DNA of 64,000 nt from Chrysomallon squamiferum (GCA_012295275.1 CM022672.1:3534001-3598000), one strand, 5' to 3'. Positions 1 to 55,233 are shown, counted from the stretch's first letter. The notes: generated from the sequence alone by a model not told the origin. Made by a program: numbers and translations.

Positions 1-18
1 TATCATCTTTATTTTATA

Positions 19-60
<42 letters not shown>

Positions 61-186
61 CTTTAAAAAAAAAAGATATAAGTTACAGACATCATATATT
101 TGTTATCTTTACTTTCAGAATAAAAAAACATATACCATTAGGTTCAGAGAAATTAGGTATTTAGTAAACTTATTATTAATTTCTAA

Positions 187-35345
<35,159 letters not shown>

Positions 35346-38300
35346 TAAACAGCCACTACTGCAGTAAAGCATTGGTTTGTTACAGATTTCGTAGTATTAT
35401 ACTAGCTTTTTTAAATAAACTACCAGTACTGCAGTTAAACAGTGATGTGTTACGAACCTCCCAGTATTATAATAACTCACCGATACTGTTATCAGTACTG
35501 CAGTTAAACAGTGATGTGTTACGAACCTCCCAGTATTATAATAACTCACCAATACAGTTATCAGTACTGCAGTTAAACAGTGATGTGTTACGAACCTCCC
35601 AGTATTGTAATAACTCACCGATACAGTTATCAGTACTGCAGTTAAAACAGTGTTATGTCATGGATTTATAATTATTTCTAGATTTTGTCATTTTTAGTTT
35701 TCATATATTTTGATTTATGTTATTATTATTATGTAGTGAGTGGTGTGGAACAGTTTCCAAGATCAGTCAGTTTGTTTTATTTATATTGATTTATATGCTG
35801 TTATTATATTTTTAAAGTCTACTCCTTATTGGTAAAATTTGAATTTTTTCTATTATTTATCTCTACTTAAATATCTCTAGTTATTTTATTTTTATAGTAA
35901 TTTTTATATATATATATATACATATATTTTTATTGTTATTTTTATTTACCAGTATGTATTTATTATTTTTATATTTGTGTTTTGTATTTATTTTATTTAA
36001 AACCTTTAAAAATGTATTTATTTACTACTTATTTTAATTTATTATTAATAATTTATTGATTATTTTAATTTTAATAATTAATGGCAGTTATAATATATAT
36101 GTATTAATTTTGTTTTTTCAAATTTAATATAGAAAATTAAATATTTCAGTGACTTTAACACTGTGTGGTGTGGTGTATTTATTTATTTATTTATTTATAT
36201 TTTTATTTATATTTAAGTATTTATTATTATTTTATTTTTTATTTTTTTTTTACATTTTCTTTCACTATTTGTGAAATTATTATACATTAAAAAGTAACAG
36301 TTCTGATATGAGATAAATAATAACTCTTTTTCAAAAAAAAAAACTTTTCATTCACTAAATCTGTCAGAAATGTTTTCCAGAGATAACATGAAGTTTCAGT
36401 AAAGTCAATAAAACATAAAAGAAAAATGAAAATAAAAAATAATAAGAAAGATAAAAAGATAACAATAATAGAAAAATAAAAATCATTTTCAGAAGGCAGA
36501 TTATTCAAACTAACTTATTGATTTATATACAGACTATGGTTATATGTTTGTGTTAATAATTTTGATGACTGTCTTTTTTTTTTATGTTTTCCATTGTCCT
36601 TATTCTGTGATAATTTACTGATGTATTGTGATAATTATTGCCCCTTACTATTATTCTTCATAATTTTGCTCTGTAGATTGATTTATTCTTATGTAATGTT
36701 AAAAGTGAAATAAAAGTATTTTTAATGCAAGTATAATCTTGTTTGGATGTTTTATAATAATACTGTGTAGTGACGTGTTTTTCTAAATTATTATTATTAT
36801 TATTATTATTTTATTTATTGAATTATTCAATGTGAATTGTGCCAAGAATTCATTAATGACATTATAATTACATTACATTTAAAATCTCTTGTTATGCTAC
36901 CAGTCAAAATCGATCCATTTCTGAAGTGACTAATTAATTGTTATCAATTTCCCTTTGGCAAACAAAGAAACCATATGTTTCACTAGGACAAAATGTATAA
37001 CACAAAAAGGATTTTTTTTTTTTTTTTTAATAATAACATTTATTATATATAAACATATGCATGCATCAAAGAAAGAACTGTTTTAAATAACATAAATTAT
37101 GTACATTCTATATATATAAATATTTATATGCACCAAAGAAAAATAACAATAACAAGAAACACACCATTAAAATTATTCCGTATCTGTTTACAGCACTAAG
37201 TTGTATCCCATGTGATATTTTGTTTTTTCATTTACTCCTTCACCCATCCATACACCTCCAAAACAGATAAAACATTATTATTTTCTGTTTTTGTGGAACA
37301 ATCTATTTTAAGATATATTTTATTACTTTTTTTTAAAACAGAAAACATTTGGAGAAATCAAATGATTACCAACTGCCTATAACATAAATAAAAAAATAAA
37401 AAAATTAAAATTATTTCAGTTCTACTATCAGGTAGGGAGTGTCATCTAATTGCTATAGACTATACTTAATTTATACACATGTAAACAAAATGAATAACAT
37501 TACAGGACAGTTTTACACAGATATATATATATATACACTGTACATGCAGAAGATGTGGTATGTGTATAGAAAATAAATTATTTCCTCTGCTAGTTTCTTT
37601 TTAATTGCATCAATAATGTTTTATGTCTGAGATTTTTTAATTAAAAATAATTTGCCCATTTTAGTTTTAAAAAGCTAGTGTTTGTATTGTTTATATGTTT
37701 CTAGAATCCAGATGTGTACTTTGAAATCTCATGTTTTAGCTAAGAAGGCACGACATTACATCAAACGAATACCAGAAACAATTAACGGTCAAATCCAATC
37801 TTTCTTTGGCTAACGCTTTTTAAATAAAGTGTGTGTGTGATTTTTATATTTTTTAAACTTTTTTTTCAACAATAATTTACGTAGGAAATTAAGTGAAAAT
37901 AACATTTGTTTTCTATTTTCATTAATATTATTAAGCCCTTGCAATACAGATTCGTTTATCAGTTTTAATAAATAAATAAATTAAAATATAAATAAAAAAA
38001 AAAAAATTACCTTGATATAGCAGACCCGGTAGATTACCAAAATTATATACAAGTGAAAAATTACTGATATGATGAGTACATTTACCATTGTTATAACTAG
38101 ATGACTATTGGGATTGATATGATTATAAATGTAATGCATTATGACAGGAATTAATAATATAGGTTATAGATAATTCAATATTCAGTATATGAAACGCCAT
38201 TGTCTGGAAGCTTTCTTATGTAACAAAATGTCGGCTGATTATGAATGATTTGTCTTCTTTTAGGAATAGTCTTATTCAGTCATATAAAAACCTGTAAAGT

Positions 38301-38885
38301 AACAGCGTTGGTCTTTCAGATTATTCTTCCACTTAAAATATTAGCTAATGCAATTTAATAACATCCATTTAATTCAAGCATGCTTTTTCTTTTGAAATAT
38401 AAACATATATTTTTTTCCTTCGTTCTTTTTCTTTTTTTTTTTTTTTTTTTTTTTTTGCAGTGGTTGTCTGACATGAAAACATAAATGTCTAAAGGTTGTT
38501 GCCATACTCTTCCAAATCCTTGATAAAAATAAATAAAGTTATGATAATCTAACCACAGCAACATAACTTCTTCTTTCTTAGTTATATAACATTATCATAG
38601 TAAATGCAAAATCGCAAACATAAAATGTAACATGAAAAACAAAAAAATGAAAAAATATGAAATTTGAGCCATTTCTTCTTAATTTCAGAGAGACTAGTTT
38701 TTTGATTTCATTGAGAATTCTACAGACTGTCATATTTTTCTTTTTCTTCTTCTTCTTATTTTTTCTTATTTTTTTTTTTTTTTTTTTTTCTTTTTGTTCT
38801 TTTATGATTTCTTTTGTCTCTCTCTAAATTAGCTCTCCAGCATCCCCTGAATGATAGTTTCGTTTGAGATAGGACGTTTCTCACA

Positions 38886-42818
<3,933 letters not shown>

Positions 42819-44219
42819 TTTAAGACTAGTTGTTGTTTCAAAAACACAGCAGAGGTAAAGTCCTGTATTGTACAAGAGTTTACGATTGGGTTTTGTAGGT
42901 GTAAATTATGCTGTGTGTGTCTGTGAACACCAATTGAGAACTATTTTAACAACCGCGTCTAAAATTTAAAAAGTGTATTATTTAGTTTGATAATCTTTCA
43001 TTTATTTTCTATTCTGATTATTTTTAAAAACATGAGATTAGTTTTGTCTTCTTGATGATTTATTAACAGTGAAGAAATCGTTCTGCTGCAACAACATGAA
43101 AAATCTATAAATAATTACGGTCTACATGGCTCCACTGCCCCCAAACCCTTATTTTTTTCTTTCTTTTTCTTTTTTTTAATTTTTGCTTTCGGTTTAATAC
43201 CAATGTAAGTAAGGTATTAAGACTTTATTAATTTCTGCTTGGATCATATTGTTCTTTTCCATGCCTTCCTTAATATCCAGCGAGTTTATAATTACCTGTG
43301 TACAAATAACTGAATGAATGCTTTAGTTACAAAATAAATAATAATAATAAAAAATAATAATAATAAAAAAAAAATAATAATAAAAATTAAAAAATATAGA
43401 GAGCCCAGGGGAAAAACGATCTACGTCACATTTTTGTCTGATGAAATAATTGAACTGACCTTTTTCTTATGGGTCATAACAGAGCTTGAACAACAATCAA
43501 GGAAACGGTGAATATGAATATAATCGAAGATCCCACAAAACTGCGACTTGTCGTCATCCTCTAAACTCTTCGCATGTATTTTATTTCGTTTTGTCTATTG
43601 TTAATCTAAACGATCTCTCTCGGAGCGCTTTACGATTTATTTCCCTCGCCATCTAATTAAGTTTTAAAGGTATCGCAAAATGTCATCGGTCTTTGTGCCA
43701 TTTCTGATTCAGAAATTAACGATGATGAAGAAAACTACAAATAACACTTCTCTCACAATTATTGTGAATGCCGTTACATCCTTAATGAGGTGGCAGTTTT
43801 TGCAAAGATTAACCGCAGTTAAACATGTATTTGACGTTAAAGGTCCCGAGTGTATGCAATCTGTAATAAAGGTTAACATCGTTTAATTGCAGCTTTCGTG
43901 GCAACAAGTTCTGGTGGGATTCGGTTCATCATTGCTTTGCTATTCAAAATGGCCTGCGCACGCAGTTAGCGTGGAAAGATCAATCATTAAACTCAGATTC
44001 TCTATGGAACTTTCGCTCACTTTCTGTTTATTTTGTATTCTTTTTACAAGATGACCCTTACATCGACAGTTCTTCGTCGCCCTTGAGACCTGTGATTAAT
44101 TAATCGATTTAACGAAACAAAGGCGGTTTACTGTTGATTGTGCTTCATCGAGATAAACGAAGGTACACATCTAGGCGGGAACGTAGATATTACTGGGATT
44201 CGTTTGTGTGGACGCAAAA

Positions 44220-44291
<72 letters not shown>

Positions 44292-45299
44292 TGAAATAAA
44301 GTAAATCAGTTAATTAAATTCTCAAAGATTCTTACATTAAAATAGTTTTAAAAATACACTGCATGACATCAAAGGTTTCATTTACCAATACAGTTTGAAA
44401 AATTAAAAAAAACCTACTTGAAATTATTATTGTTACTTCAACCATTAACGTTATTACTGGTGGTGAAGGAAGTGTTTGTTGTAAATTATTGAATGATCTG
44501 AGTTTAAGGTTTGATATAATTAAACAAAATAATAATGATTAAAAATGTTCAATTAGAGAATTAGTACATGTTGTGGAATTAACGAAATATGTGTATATAT
44601 ACATTACCATGACAAGACCGCAAAACTCTTAGATTTAATTCAAATAAATAAATATTTCTCCTACTAATAGAAACAATAATCATAATATCAAAAATGGAAA
44701 ATAAACTAATGATATTTTCAAATTCCTCTATTTTCTATTTATTATTATTATCAATATTTTTTTCTTTTGTCAACATTATCATCATCATCATCATCATCAA
44801 TTATTTTTATTTATTTGTTTATTTTACAAATTATGCATTATCGGAAGCCTTTATCGACGCATACGAAGCATATCTCAAAACGAACGATGAAACTGTGAGA
44901 TGAAATTGTCGAACACTGACAAGAAGTAATTAAATAACAGCAATTTCCTTTTCAGTGTACTTGGAAAAACACCGCTCACACTGACTTTAGATATCTGAAG
45001 ACACAATGTTTATATATGAAAATATTAACACAGACTGTTTTATGGACTTCATTACAAATAATTCTGTTGTAGAGTATTCCTCTCACAAGATAACATTAAT
45101 GATAATTTAGTTTTGTTTCTTGACAATTATATATGCGCTGAAGCGAAATAGGGTTAAAATAACACAGTTTATGCAATGATAATCGATATATTCAAGCAGC
45201 AGATGGTTAAAACAAATTCTTAATGTTAGTTCTATTTATAGAATTGTGACTAATTATATACTGACTAAATCTAGTTGTTTGTTTTTTGTTGTATTTTTT

Positions 45300-45338
<39 letters not shown>

Positions 45339-45522
45339 CAACTTTGTAGCTGTATTGATTCATCGACTGTTTATTGGCCAGTGCTGCTAGCCATTAATTA
45401 ATTTTTCATTTTTTTATATATAGATATTATACATGCATGCGTAAACATAAACGTATGTATTTACAAATAAATAAAGATCCTGCACACATTCATTCGATCA
45501 CAGCTAGCTAGAATCAGAGTGG

Positions 45523-45609
<87 letters not shown>

Positions 45610-46691
45610 TGTTTGTTCTTTCAGTACATAAAGAATATTAACGCGGTCACCATCGATTATTCGTTCGTGGGTTCCATTAGTGTGACTATTAATATCTTCA
45701 TAAGGCTGCTAGTGAAAGAACGTTACTGACTTGTAAAATCAGTAAATGTAACGATTAGTTGTGTATTATTAGTACGCAAATGAGATGAATTTTTATTAGG
45801 TACGACAATTAAATTTCCAGTGTTTGGAAGTACGTGTATTTGTTAATAAGTGACAGCGAGCCAGATTCATTTTACTCAAAACAGGAGAGTTTAGTTTCAC
45901 AGTTAGGATCTAAGTCGATGTTCAAAAATCAAAGATGTTTGACAGTTTTAGATTATATATAATTATATCTTATTAATGCCAATATACAAACAAAACAAAC
46001 AAACAACAACAACAAAAAAAAAAAAAAAAAAAAAAAAAAAAACGAATAAACAAAAACAGACTCGCTCCACACACCCCAAAAAACTAATATCAACAGCAAA
46101 ACAATACGAAACATCAAACTAACAAAAACAGTAACAGTGTAAGAGTAATAATTATATAGGTATTAGACGATTTATTCGGCTTCCAAAAATTTGTAATTCT
46201 TAAAAAGCGACTCCCTCTGTTGCTGGTAAATACAATTTCGCTCTTTACTTTCACTATTTATTTTATATTTTAAATATAAAACCGGAAATTTAAGAAATCC
46301 AGGTTACTTCCGGTCCGAAACTTGCTAGATGAATGGGCTGGTACCGACAATGATATGAAATAATATAAAAAGAAGTTTTATAATAACTATACAGAGCTAA
46401 CTAGACTGGTTTTGTGGTCCAGCAACTGTTAACAAAATTTTCTGTTTGGCCCGTTCAGTTTCACACTGCTGTAAACTCGTTCTATCTTTTAACTTTGATC
46501 ATTTCAGTACAAACTGTTCAGCTAACGAGTAATTTGGCCACTAAATCTCTCGTCACGACACCGGAATAATTCGATACAAGACTGATGCCCACATTCAGTT
46601 GATAGAAACACAGACTACCGTTTAGTTACTTTTCTTACTAAAATACTAACTGCATAATACTATCGAAAACAACAACAAAATAATAAATACA

Positions 46692-46723
<32 letters not shown>

Positions 46724-48413
46724 ATTATTATGGCATACACTCTGTTATGATGGCAATAATTACAAACATTATGTTCCTTTCGTAATTGTTTTTCTGCTTG
46801 AGTATTGTTGACTAAGGCTATGTAACGTCACCCGTCAGTAGCAGACGACACTAAGGAAATTACGCGAAAGAAAAAGTCTGTTCGTGTCATGCACTCTATC
46901 TCTTTAACCGTAGGGAGCATTTTGTTTACATTCTGCTAGAGAAAGGGTGTTGCGGACAAACTTCTGATGAATAAGCCATCCTGCACTGTACTATCGACTT
47001 CGCAGAAACCCTTTTACACGTACAGATCCAATTCAGGATAGACGCAAAACAAATATAGGTATCTACGATATTCGTTGCACCTCGTCTAACGTAATTATAT
47101 TTCTCTTGAATTAAAACATTTAGAATAATAAATAAAAAATAAATAAAATAATAATAATAAAGATGAAGAAGAAGATGATGATGATGAAAAAAAGAGCATT
47201 TGTTGTTTCAAACATATTCTCCGAATTCTGTGCGGCTTATAACTTAAATCCAGTGCGGGACTTAGGTGTAAACAAAATAAGCTAAAGCTTCGGGCGTCAT
47301 AATCTGCAAGAGCCTGAAAAATATTTAGCAATTTTATTTAATTTAATTTATTTTATTTTTTAATTAAATTTAACAAGGCGTTTCTCTGCTTTATTCTCAG
47401 AGTGGTCGAAAATACCCTTTTGCGCCACTATTAGGACACTGGGCAATTGCAAAAGCTACATATTTATAACGTATATATGCTTATAACTGCATAATTCATT
47501 GTACTTCTATTGTAGCTTAATCTAGGTACTGCAATCCTAAGAAAATATTTGAAATGTGGCGCTGAAGAGTAAAAGTTTGAGAGCCAGCGACTAATGGTCT
47601 CACCAGGCCTATATTCGGCAATGCTTGTGTGCTTCCAAAAGTAATGCTTTTCAAACGTTAATATCTCAAAATCATTTAACGATAGATATCTGATATTTTT
47701 TATCTACATTTCTGTAGTCGTTTCTTGTCTAAATTTGGCTAGATCGAAGGCTGGATTTACGTCAAAAGTATATAAAAAAAAAAAAAAAAAAAAAAAATCA
47801 GGAAAATAAAACTGCTATATATGGGTTCACTGTATCTAAATTCGGTTCAGGATGGATCTGTCTGCTGTAAAAGAAACATAAGGATTAACGATAGTTGATA
47901 CATTATCGTCTAATTAAAGTTATATTTCCTACCTTTTGAACCTGAGATTCCAGTGATAAGAACACCCACGGTGAAAACGATATGGATGCAGGGTCTGCAG
48001 AGTATCATGTCAATGTTCAGTCAAAAATCCAAGACAAACTGCTGAAATTTGAAACAAAATACATTAATTAAACAGCTAAGTCGGTTTGCACACGCAACAT
48101 TGTACATGCATACGAAGATAATTTTGAAAAATTGACACATACACGATGCCCTGTCTAATGATAAGTTAACCACTTCATAGTGTTCATAATGTACAAATTT
48201 CGTTATTTCTTAAATTAAAAGCTTATAGAAATTTTAAATACTCATCTTGTTGAAATTAAAGTGTAATAAATCAATTTATTTCCACGGTAAGCAACTAGCT
48301 TTTTATCTAAAACCCTTGAGAACGCAAGAAGTAATGACGTCACATTTATCAACAAATGGATGGAAACCACGTCGTGATATGCTGTGGAAACTATCCAAAA
48401 TGGTCAGCGTATC

Positions 48414-48444
<31 letters not shown>

Positions 48445-48492
48445 CTCTCTCCTGGTTTTTCTTATCTCTTTTTCTTTTTCTTAATAAATCAA

Positions 48493-48523
<31 letters not shown>

Positions 48524-49331
48524 ATAGAAATTGCTATTCACGTCTGCTCGCTGTATCTGTACGTGTCAGTCTAATATTACATTAAATTTTTATTTTTAAA
48601 TGAATCATCACCACAGCTATTGGTTTATAACAGGCTGTTGCATTTTTCTTTCACTCTTACACGAGAAGGCAGACATTAAAAATAAATTTAAACATTTATT
48701 GTTATTAAAAAAAATAGTTTTCGTTGCTAGAACCGCATCCTTTTACAAACAATTTCAATCAAAAAGGATGCTTGGAATTATTAAATCCCCTTCTGCTATC
48801 TTAAGATAGTACTCTACTTTGCATTTTCTGATGGGAATCTCTTCTTCTTCTTCTTTTTTCTTTCTTTCTTTTCTTTTTTTTTTATTATTATTTTTTTTTT
48901 TTCCTTTCTTCTTCTACATTTTTTATTTTTTATTTTTTTCTGTTACAATTTGTTGGTTTTACGTTAAATATATTCCTAAAATATTCAGCTGATAGCTTCT
49001 AAATGCCTTTCAAAATCTTGGTGCAAATCTTCATGTGATCTACCTCAATGAAATCAATTCTAAGCCCATGTTCTTCTGCCGGAGAGCGGCATTGCTTGTA
49101 TATAATTATTAAATGAAACAATCAACAACTGTGTTATACGTTTACTCTTAAATAAAAATTTGAAAATACAATTGTTCTTTTCATTATTTTATCAGTTGCA
49201 CATAAAAGTTTACAATACAAAATAATGAAGTTCTGTTCTCATCAAATCTTTTATCGGCTACGGAAAACAGTTCAAGTAAATAAAAGAGAAAGACGAATGA
49301 ATGTTTATGATCTATACAAACGCACATACAC

Positions 49332-49411
<80 letters not shown>

Positions 49412-50404
49412 GCTAGGAGTATAATAGAATGCAGAACAGACAGAATCCAAAAATAACAATAACAAAAAAAAACAATAAAATAAAATGTACAAAAAAAACA
49501 AAATAAATAAAAAAAATAAAAAAAAATAAAATAGCGACGTCAAGGTTTATGTGATAACTGAATTATTGAGTTCCTTACATCTGGGAGTCTAAATTACTTT
49601 GATCCTTTTAGTATTCATTCTACAGGGAGCAATCTACATTCAATCTTTTAAATCAGTTTTCATGCAAGTATGGGTTGTTTTCTTTTTCTTGTTATAACTG
49701 CATTTTCTTTTCTTTTCTTTCTTTCTGTTTATTTTGGTTGTTTCTGTTTTTTAGGCTTTTTTAAAAACTATTTTTTGTTTTTTTTGTTTTTTTATTTTCA
49801 ATATTTATTTATTTGTGTGTATGTGTGGGTGGGTGTGTTTTATTTTCATTTGTTGTTTTTTAGTTGTTTTATTTGTTTGATCTAGTTTTAAAAGTTTCTA
49901 TTAGTTATAATATATCCGGCCCTAACCAGATGACAATAAAAATAATCATTTGTAGACAGATTTCAAAAGGTTGTGAAAAATATTTTAATAATATCACTGA
50001 TGGCAGTATCGACTTACAATAAGCATTTCTGACATTCAAAATGAGTGTAACGACGGAAAACACAAATTATAACGGATTTTTCTAACACAGATCAATATGC
50101 CCGAAGCGGAAATCCTAACGAACAATTGATATGGGTCTCCGTTTTGCTATTTAATCAGAATCGCTTCAAATCAATATCCAGTGAGTATTTCTTCATATCG
50201 AGAACACGACTTTGATAAATACTGCAAAGGTTCCCCATTAATATATATAATATATATGCATAGTTGATTAGTTATTCCCAGTAGGGATGATTATGAAATT
50301 TAATGAGTTATCGGGAAATTGTTTGATCTTGCTTTATTTTTGGCGAACAATGAGTGCAATGAGCTGCCTGCATTCGATAATATTAATATCATTACAATAT
50401 CAGA

Positions 50405-50620
50405 CAGAATGAAAGAATTGTTTATTTTTAATGATACCTGAAAAAGTTTTATTATTGACTGTTATCAGGCGTTAGAAATATGGTTTATTGTACCAGTGTG
50501 GTTTTAAAAAGGAAATCCGCAGCTGTCATTAGAAATATTACTCTTATCGATCTGCAGCAAAAGATCTTTTAAAGGCACCTACTGAAAATCAAGTAAAACA
50601 TACGTCCCGTCCTTAGGCAA
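50405..50620 (-). mobile_element. Degenerate SINE, same family as 8975-9300
   Basis: gaatgaaagaattgttttatttttaatgatac...ggaaatccgc...actcttatcgatctgcagcaaaagatcttttaaaggcacc. A related fragment lies at about 53560-53680. Confidence 0.55.
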
Positions 50621-51731
50621 ATCAAGCAGGATTGTGAAATTACATCAGAGCAGTGCATCAGAGCAGTGATCTAACAATGAGTTAATGATGCCCCCCAAAG
50701 GGCAGGCAGAAATAAAGAAGCCATATAGCACCGTGCAAACGAATTGTAAAAAAACCAAACAAGATGCTAATATGTCAATTAAAATGTTTTTAAACCGTAT
50801 TCCAGCCTAATTTTACTGCTTTTAAACTTTTGAAGTGTACAAATAGTCAAATTGCTATTTATATTTTTTCCATGTGATTGTTTATTTGTATATCACGCAG
50901 TCTTGTACTAATATTAATTAATGTACGACCATAAAATAATGAAGCCAACAAGGACATAAACTGCTCTTCCTTTTATTTGTGTCGCGATTTCGCACACACA
51001 AAACAAAACTGTATCTGAAATACTGAGTAAATTATTGTAAAATTTTAGCACCAGACTATTGCGGACTTTTATCTCTCTTGTAAAATGCATTCATCCTGGG
51101 AAAACCAACCAGATGTAATAAATAAACTTGTTAATACACTCTTTCTCTTGCACGCACGTGCATATACACACACAAACGGACTGTTAGATATCCATTAATA
51201 TATTATTGTATATTTAAAAAGATAAATAAATATATTCTTGTGTTTAAATAAGAAATACTAATTAATATAATTACGCTAGTGTAGTGAAGAAATACATGAA
51301 CATATTAGTACATTAAAGACATGCGCACATAAATTATACTTTTACATTAAAAATGTACTAATATAATAATACAAGTATTTTAAAGAGATTCTCCCCGTTA
51401 ATATAATTAAATAATATCATAACGAGATATCCACTGATAAACATAGATATATTAATTAGATATAAACAGAATGAAAGCACGCAGAAGGACACATGTGCGT
51501 TTAGTCACGTTCATGTATGAACATATTTTTTTATATTTATCAACATTCGTATTTTATCTGTTTCAGACATTGGCGTGTGGGGGAATGGGTTGAGTTACGC
51601 GAAAGAGTCTGAAACACAAGAACCAATTTTTTCTTGCTATGACCAAAGTTTCCTCGACCAAAAAAAAAAAAAATTAAAAAAATGCACACATGAAAACATG
51701 CAAACATTTATATAGCTTTATTGAAACTATA

Positions 51732-51992
51732 CAGGTACCGGACCAATTATCCGGACTCCTTGAAGCCTGAGGCATTCCGAATTTCTGGATTTTCGGGTTT
51801 TCTGGTACCAAGGCATCTAAATACCTAAATAATTAGGCATAAACATTTAAAATTAAAAACATAAAGAAAACTGACGATACACAACTATGGCGACTCGACA
51901 CGTAAACAATGCGGCGAGTGAATGAAACCCACGCGGCTTGAAAGAGTAGTTCCGGCCTGGTGATAACAAACCCGTGCGCACAAATTATGAAA
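51732..51992 (+). mobile_element. MITE copy B, truncated at the right end
   Basis: ta|CAGGTACCGGACCAATTATCCGG, then colinear with copy A up to tatgaaa. Confidence 0.85.
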
Positions 51993-54541
51993 CAACAGTG
52001 AAATGTGTATGCTAATTCTAGCTCTCTGTTTACCTGCTATGATGAATTGCATATTCATATATTTATATTTGTAGACAGTGAACAATATAAGCCAGAAATT
52101 TACAAACATACATACAATTTATATTTGTGTAATTCATCACAGTATGCAAATAGATAGGTAGGATATATATATTTATATTTGTAGATATGAAAAATATAAG
52201 GCAGAAACTCACATACATACATACTTTCATACACATACGAACAACAAAAATGTGTATACATGTATATTTACGATTTCAGTTTTCACCGAAAACTGGAATT
52301 AAAGTTTATCTTATAAAATGGTCCACGAGTATTATTTCGGAATTTGCTAAACAGAACAGTTTTTCATTAAATGTTCCTGAATGATGTCATCTTTTAACAG
52401 TAAACATTCATTTGGTGTTTGATATTCAAGTGTCGTCAGTTCTTTAAATGAAGATAATAAATGCGTTTAGTAAGTGTAAAATATTAAGTCGTTAATTACT
52501 CGATCAAGTACATTTCGCGATTTAACCCAATTTACGAGTGGCAAGTAAAACGCCTGGTATAAATTACACAGGAACACATCGGCTGCGCCGCTTCGTACTT
52601 TTGACAGCCGTTTATCGATCGCTTAAAAATGTCCACCGTTTCAGTATGAAATCAATAAATATTTACACTTTTACTTACGGTCAGAATCTTTGTACATATC
52701 CTCATCAAACCCACAACTCTCTTTTTATTTTACGTTCACGTACAGAATTCCATCCGGGTTCACAGACATATTCCAGTCGTTGTATAAGCATTCTGCGAGT
52801 TAATATTTCGGGTCTACAAACTACGAGCAGTCCGCACATGCGCATAAAGCCACGTCAGTGTTGATATGGTTACGAGTATATGGAATGGTAGGAAAAGAAT
52901 CTGTAAAGTATGCGTGGAACAGAGATACCTGATATAGTATATCAGCAACATTGTATTTGGATATTTAAAAATATTTCGGGAGGAGGACAAAATTGATTTA
53001 TTTTTGTGCTTTTTCACAATTCATAATTTAAAAATGACACAATAAATAAACGACGGAATACTTAGCTACATTTGCACATTATATATCCCTGTCATATTTT
53101 TCTATATACAGGTACCATGCGACCGGAGGTGGTCCATACTTCTGGATGCATGCTAAAATCTTTACTTAAGATATATATATATATATATATAAAAGAAAGA
53201 AAGAAAGAAAGAAAGAAAAAAAAAAAGAATGAAACTCTATTTAACAGACATAAATTAATACACTTCTGAAGAAGGGTCTATTTATTATCAGTATTAATTC
53301 ACTTAAAATTCTTATTCTTAAAATACCTGTATAGAATATGCTTTTTACTAGCAAGTTGCGATTCTACTATTCTTTGATAATAAACGAGCATGAAAGTAAA
53401 CTGAAACATATAATTTATTATGAGAGGTTCAGTTGTTCAACACTCACTTAAACTGGCATCACAGAAATTAAAACAAAGCGGACTAAGTCAGAAGTAAGCA
53501 GATTCAAAAACAGCCAGTTACAGGATTTTCTGGATTTCTGGAAGCCTACTAGATTATTTAAGAGGCTATCCACTTCAGAAGTTCGTATGAGTTACTCCTG
53601 TCGATTAGTTCAAGAGATAATTTATATACACATTCCCACAGATTAAATACCATAATTATCATGTTTTTTGATAAAATAGATGTAGCTTGGATGGGAATAA
53701 ATTCATCATGTGTGCAGGAACTAAAATATTAAATAATTAATATTCATAGATAATACATTTTTCTTTCTTTCTTTTTTTTTTTCTCATTGATATTTAGAAA
53801 AATTTGAATCAAATCCTCTTTGATGATTCATTTATTGTGTATTATCATTTTGGAAGTCAAACATGGTCATCATTGTCAACAATAATACTAATAATCATAA
53901 AATATAACTTCAGCAATAACAACAACAAAATGAATGACAAGAATAAATAATGTAATGTGATATAATATAATATGATATAATATAATATAATATAATATAA
54001 TATAATATAATATAATATAATATAATGACAATAATAACAACAAAAGCGACAACAATAATAAAAATAACAGCAATAGTAATTTTTCGTTTTACTCAGTGGA
54101 GGTTGTATCGAACAAGGAATACAGGAATTGATTGTACGGATAAATCGGTGAAGTTTTATGACCAGAAATGGTGTGCATCCTGATGAAAATATATTACAGT
54201 TATAACCAGTACGTACAGAGTGAAGGCGCGATCTCATATATCTGTTTTATGGGAATAGTCAATCGACAGGAAAAAAATAAAATATTAAATTCAGTAGTCT
54301 GTGACTACATTTTATGCGTGTGTTTATCAATCCTGGCACGGACGGATTATGCTTTAGGTAAGTGAGGGCGGGGATTCTCAGTAAATAATTTTGATATTTT
54401 TTTGTCCGATGCTTGCCGCCATATCCACTGCATCAGAAAACTTCATTGTGAAGCTGGTAACCTCTTTATCTGAGAAATCATTCAGAAAACGAGAGGGTAC
54501 ACATATGTCGACATCAATTTTATTTATTTTATATATATATA

Positions 54542-54875
54542 CGGGTACCGGATCAATTATCCGGTGTCCTGAAATCCGGAAAGACTAGAAACCTGATGTT
54601 TTTTCCAGACTATTTTCATAGTATACGCGCGCGGGTGTTGTCCTCAACAGATCGGAACTCCTCTTTCAAGCCGCGTGGCGTTCAGTCACTCGCCGCACTG
54701 TTTACTTGTCGAGTCGCTGCAGTTGTGTATCATCGGTTTCTTTCTGTTTTTAATTTTAAAATGTTTATGCCTAATTATTTACATATTCAGATGCCTCGGT
54801 ACCAGAAAACAGGAAAATCCAGAAATCCGGAATGCCTAAAGCCCCAAGGAGTCCGGATAATTGGTCCGGTACGTG
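54542..54875 (-). mobile_element. MITE copy C, full length, inverted relative to A and B
   Basis: ta|CGGGTACCGGATCAATTATCCGG ... CCGGATAATTGGTCCGGTACGTG|ta. The interior is the reverse complement of copy A. Confidence 0.85.
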
Positions 54876-55192
54876 TATATACATTTTTTTTTTTTTTTTA
54901 ACTGATTCGGGGTCCGTGCAACTGGGAAATCCCCATAATACACCCCTATACATAAATACATACATACATATATACAGAAACATAGACAAATACATGTGTG
55001 TGTGTATGTATATTTATATATACATGTGTGTATATTTCTGAATGTACAATTATATAATTATATATATATATATATACACAGATGCCTTGTGTGTTACATA
55101 CATTCAGAAATAAATCGTTTAGTATCAAACGATGTAACCAATGATTTTAATTTCCACTTTGTTTTAAACATTAAATACCACTAGCCTTCGAA

Positions 55193-55233
<41 letters not shown>

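Noticed and set aside
53092-53340. Small element bounded by TACAGGTA...TACCTGTA
   Set aside because: The inverted match is short and AT-rich, and no second copy is present in the window.
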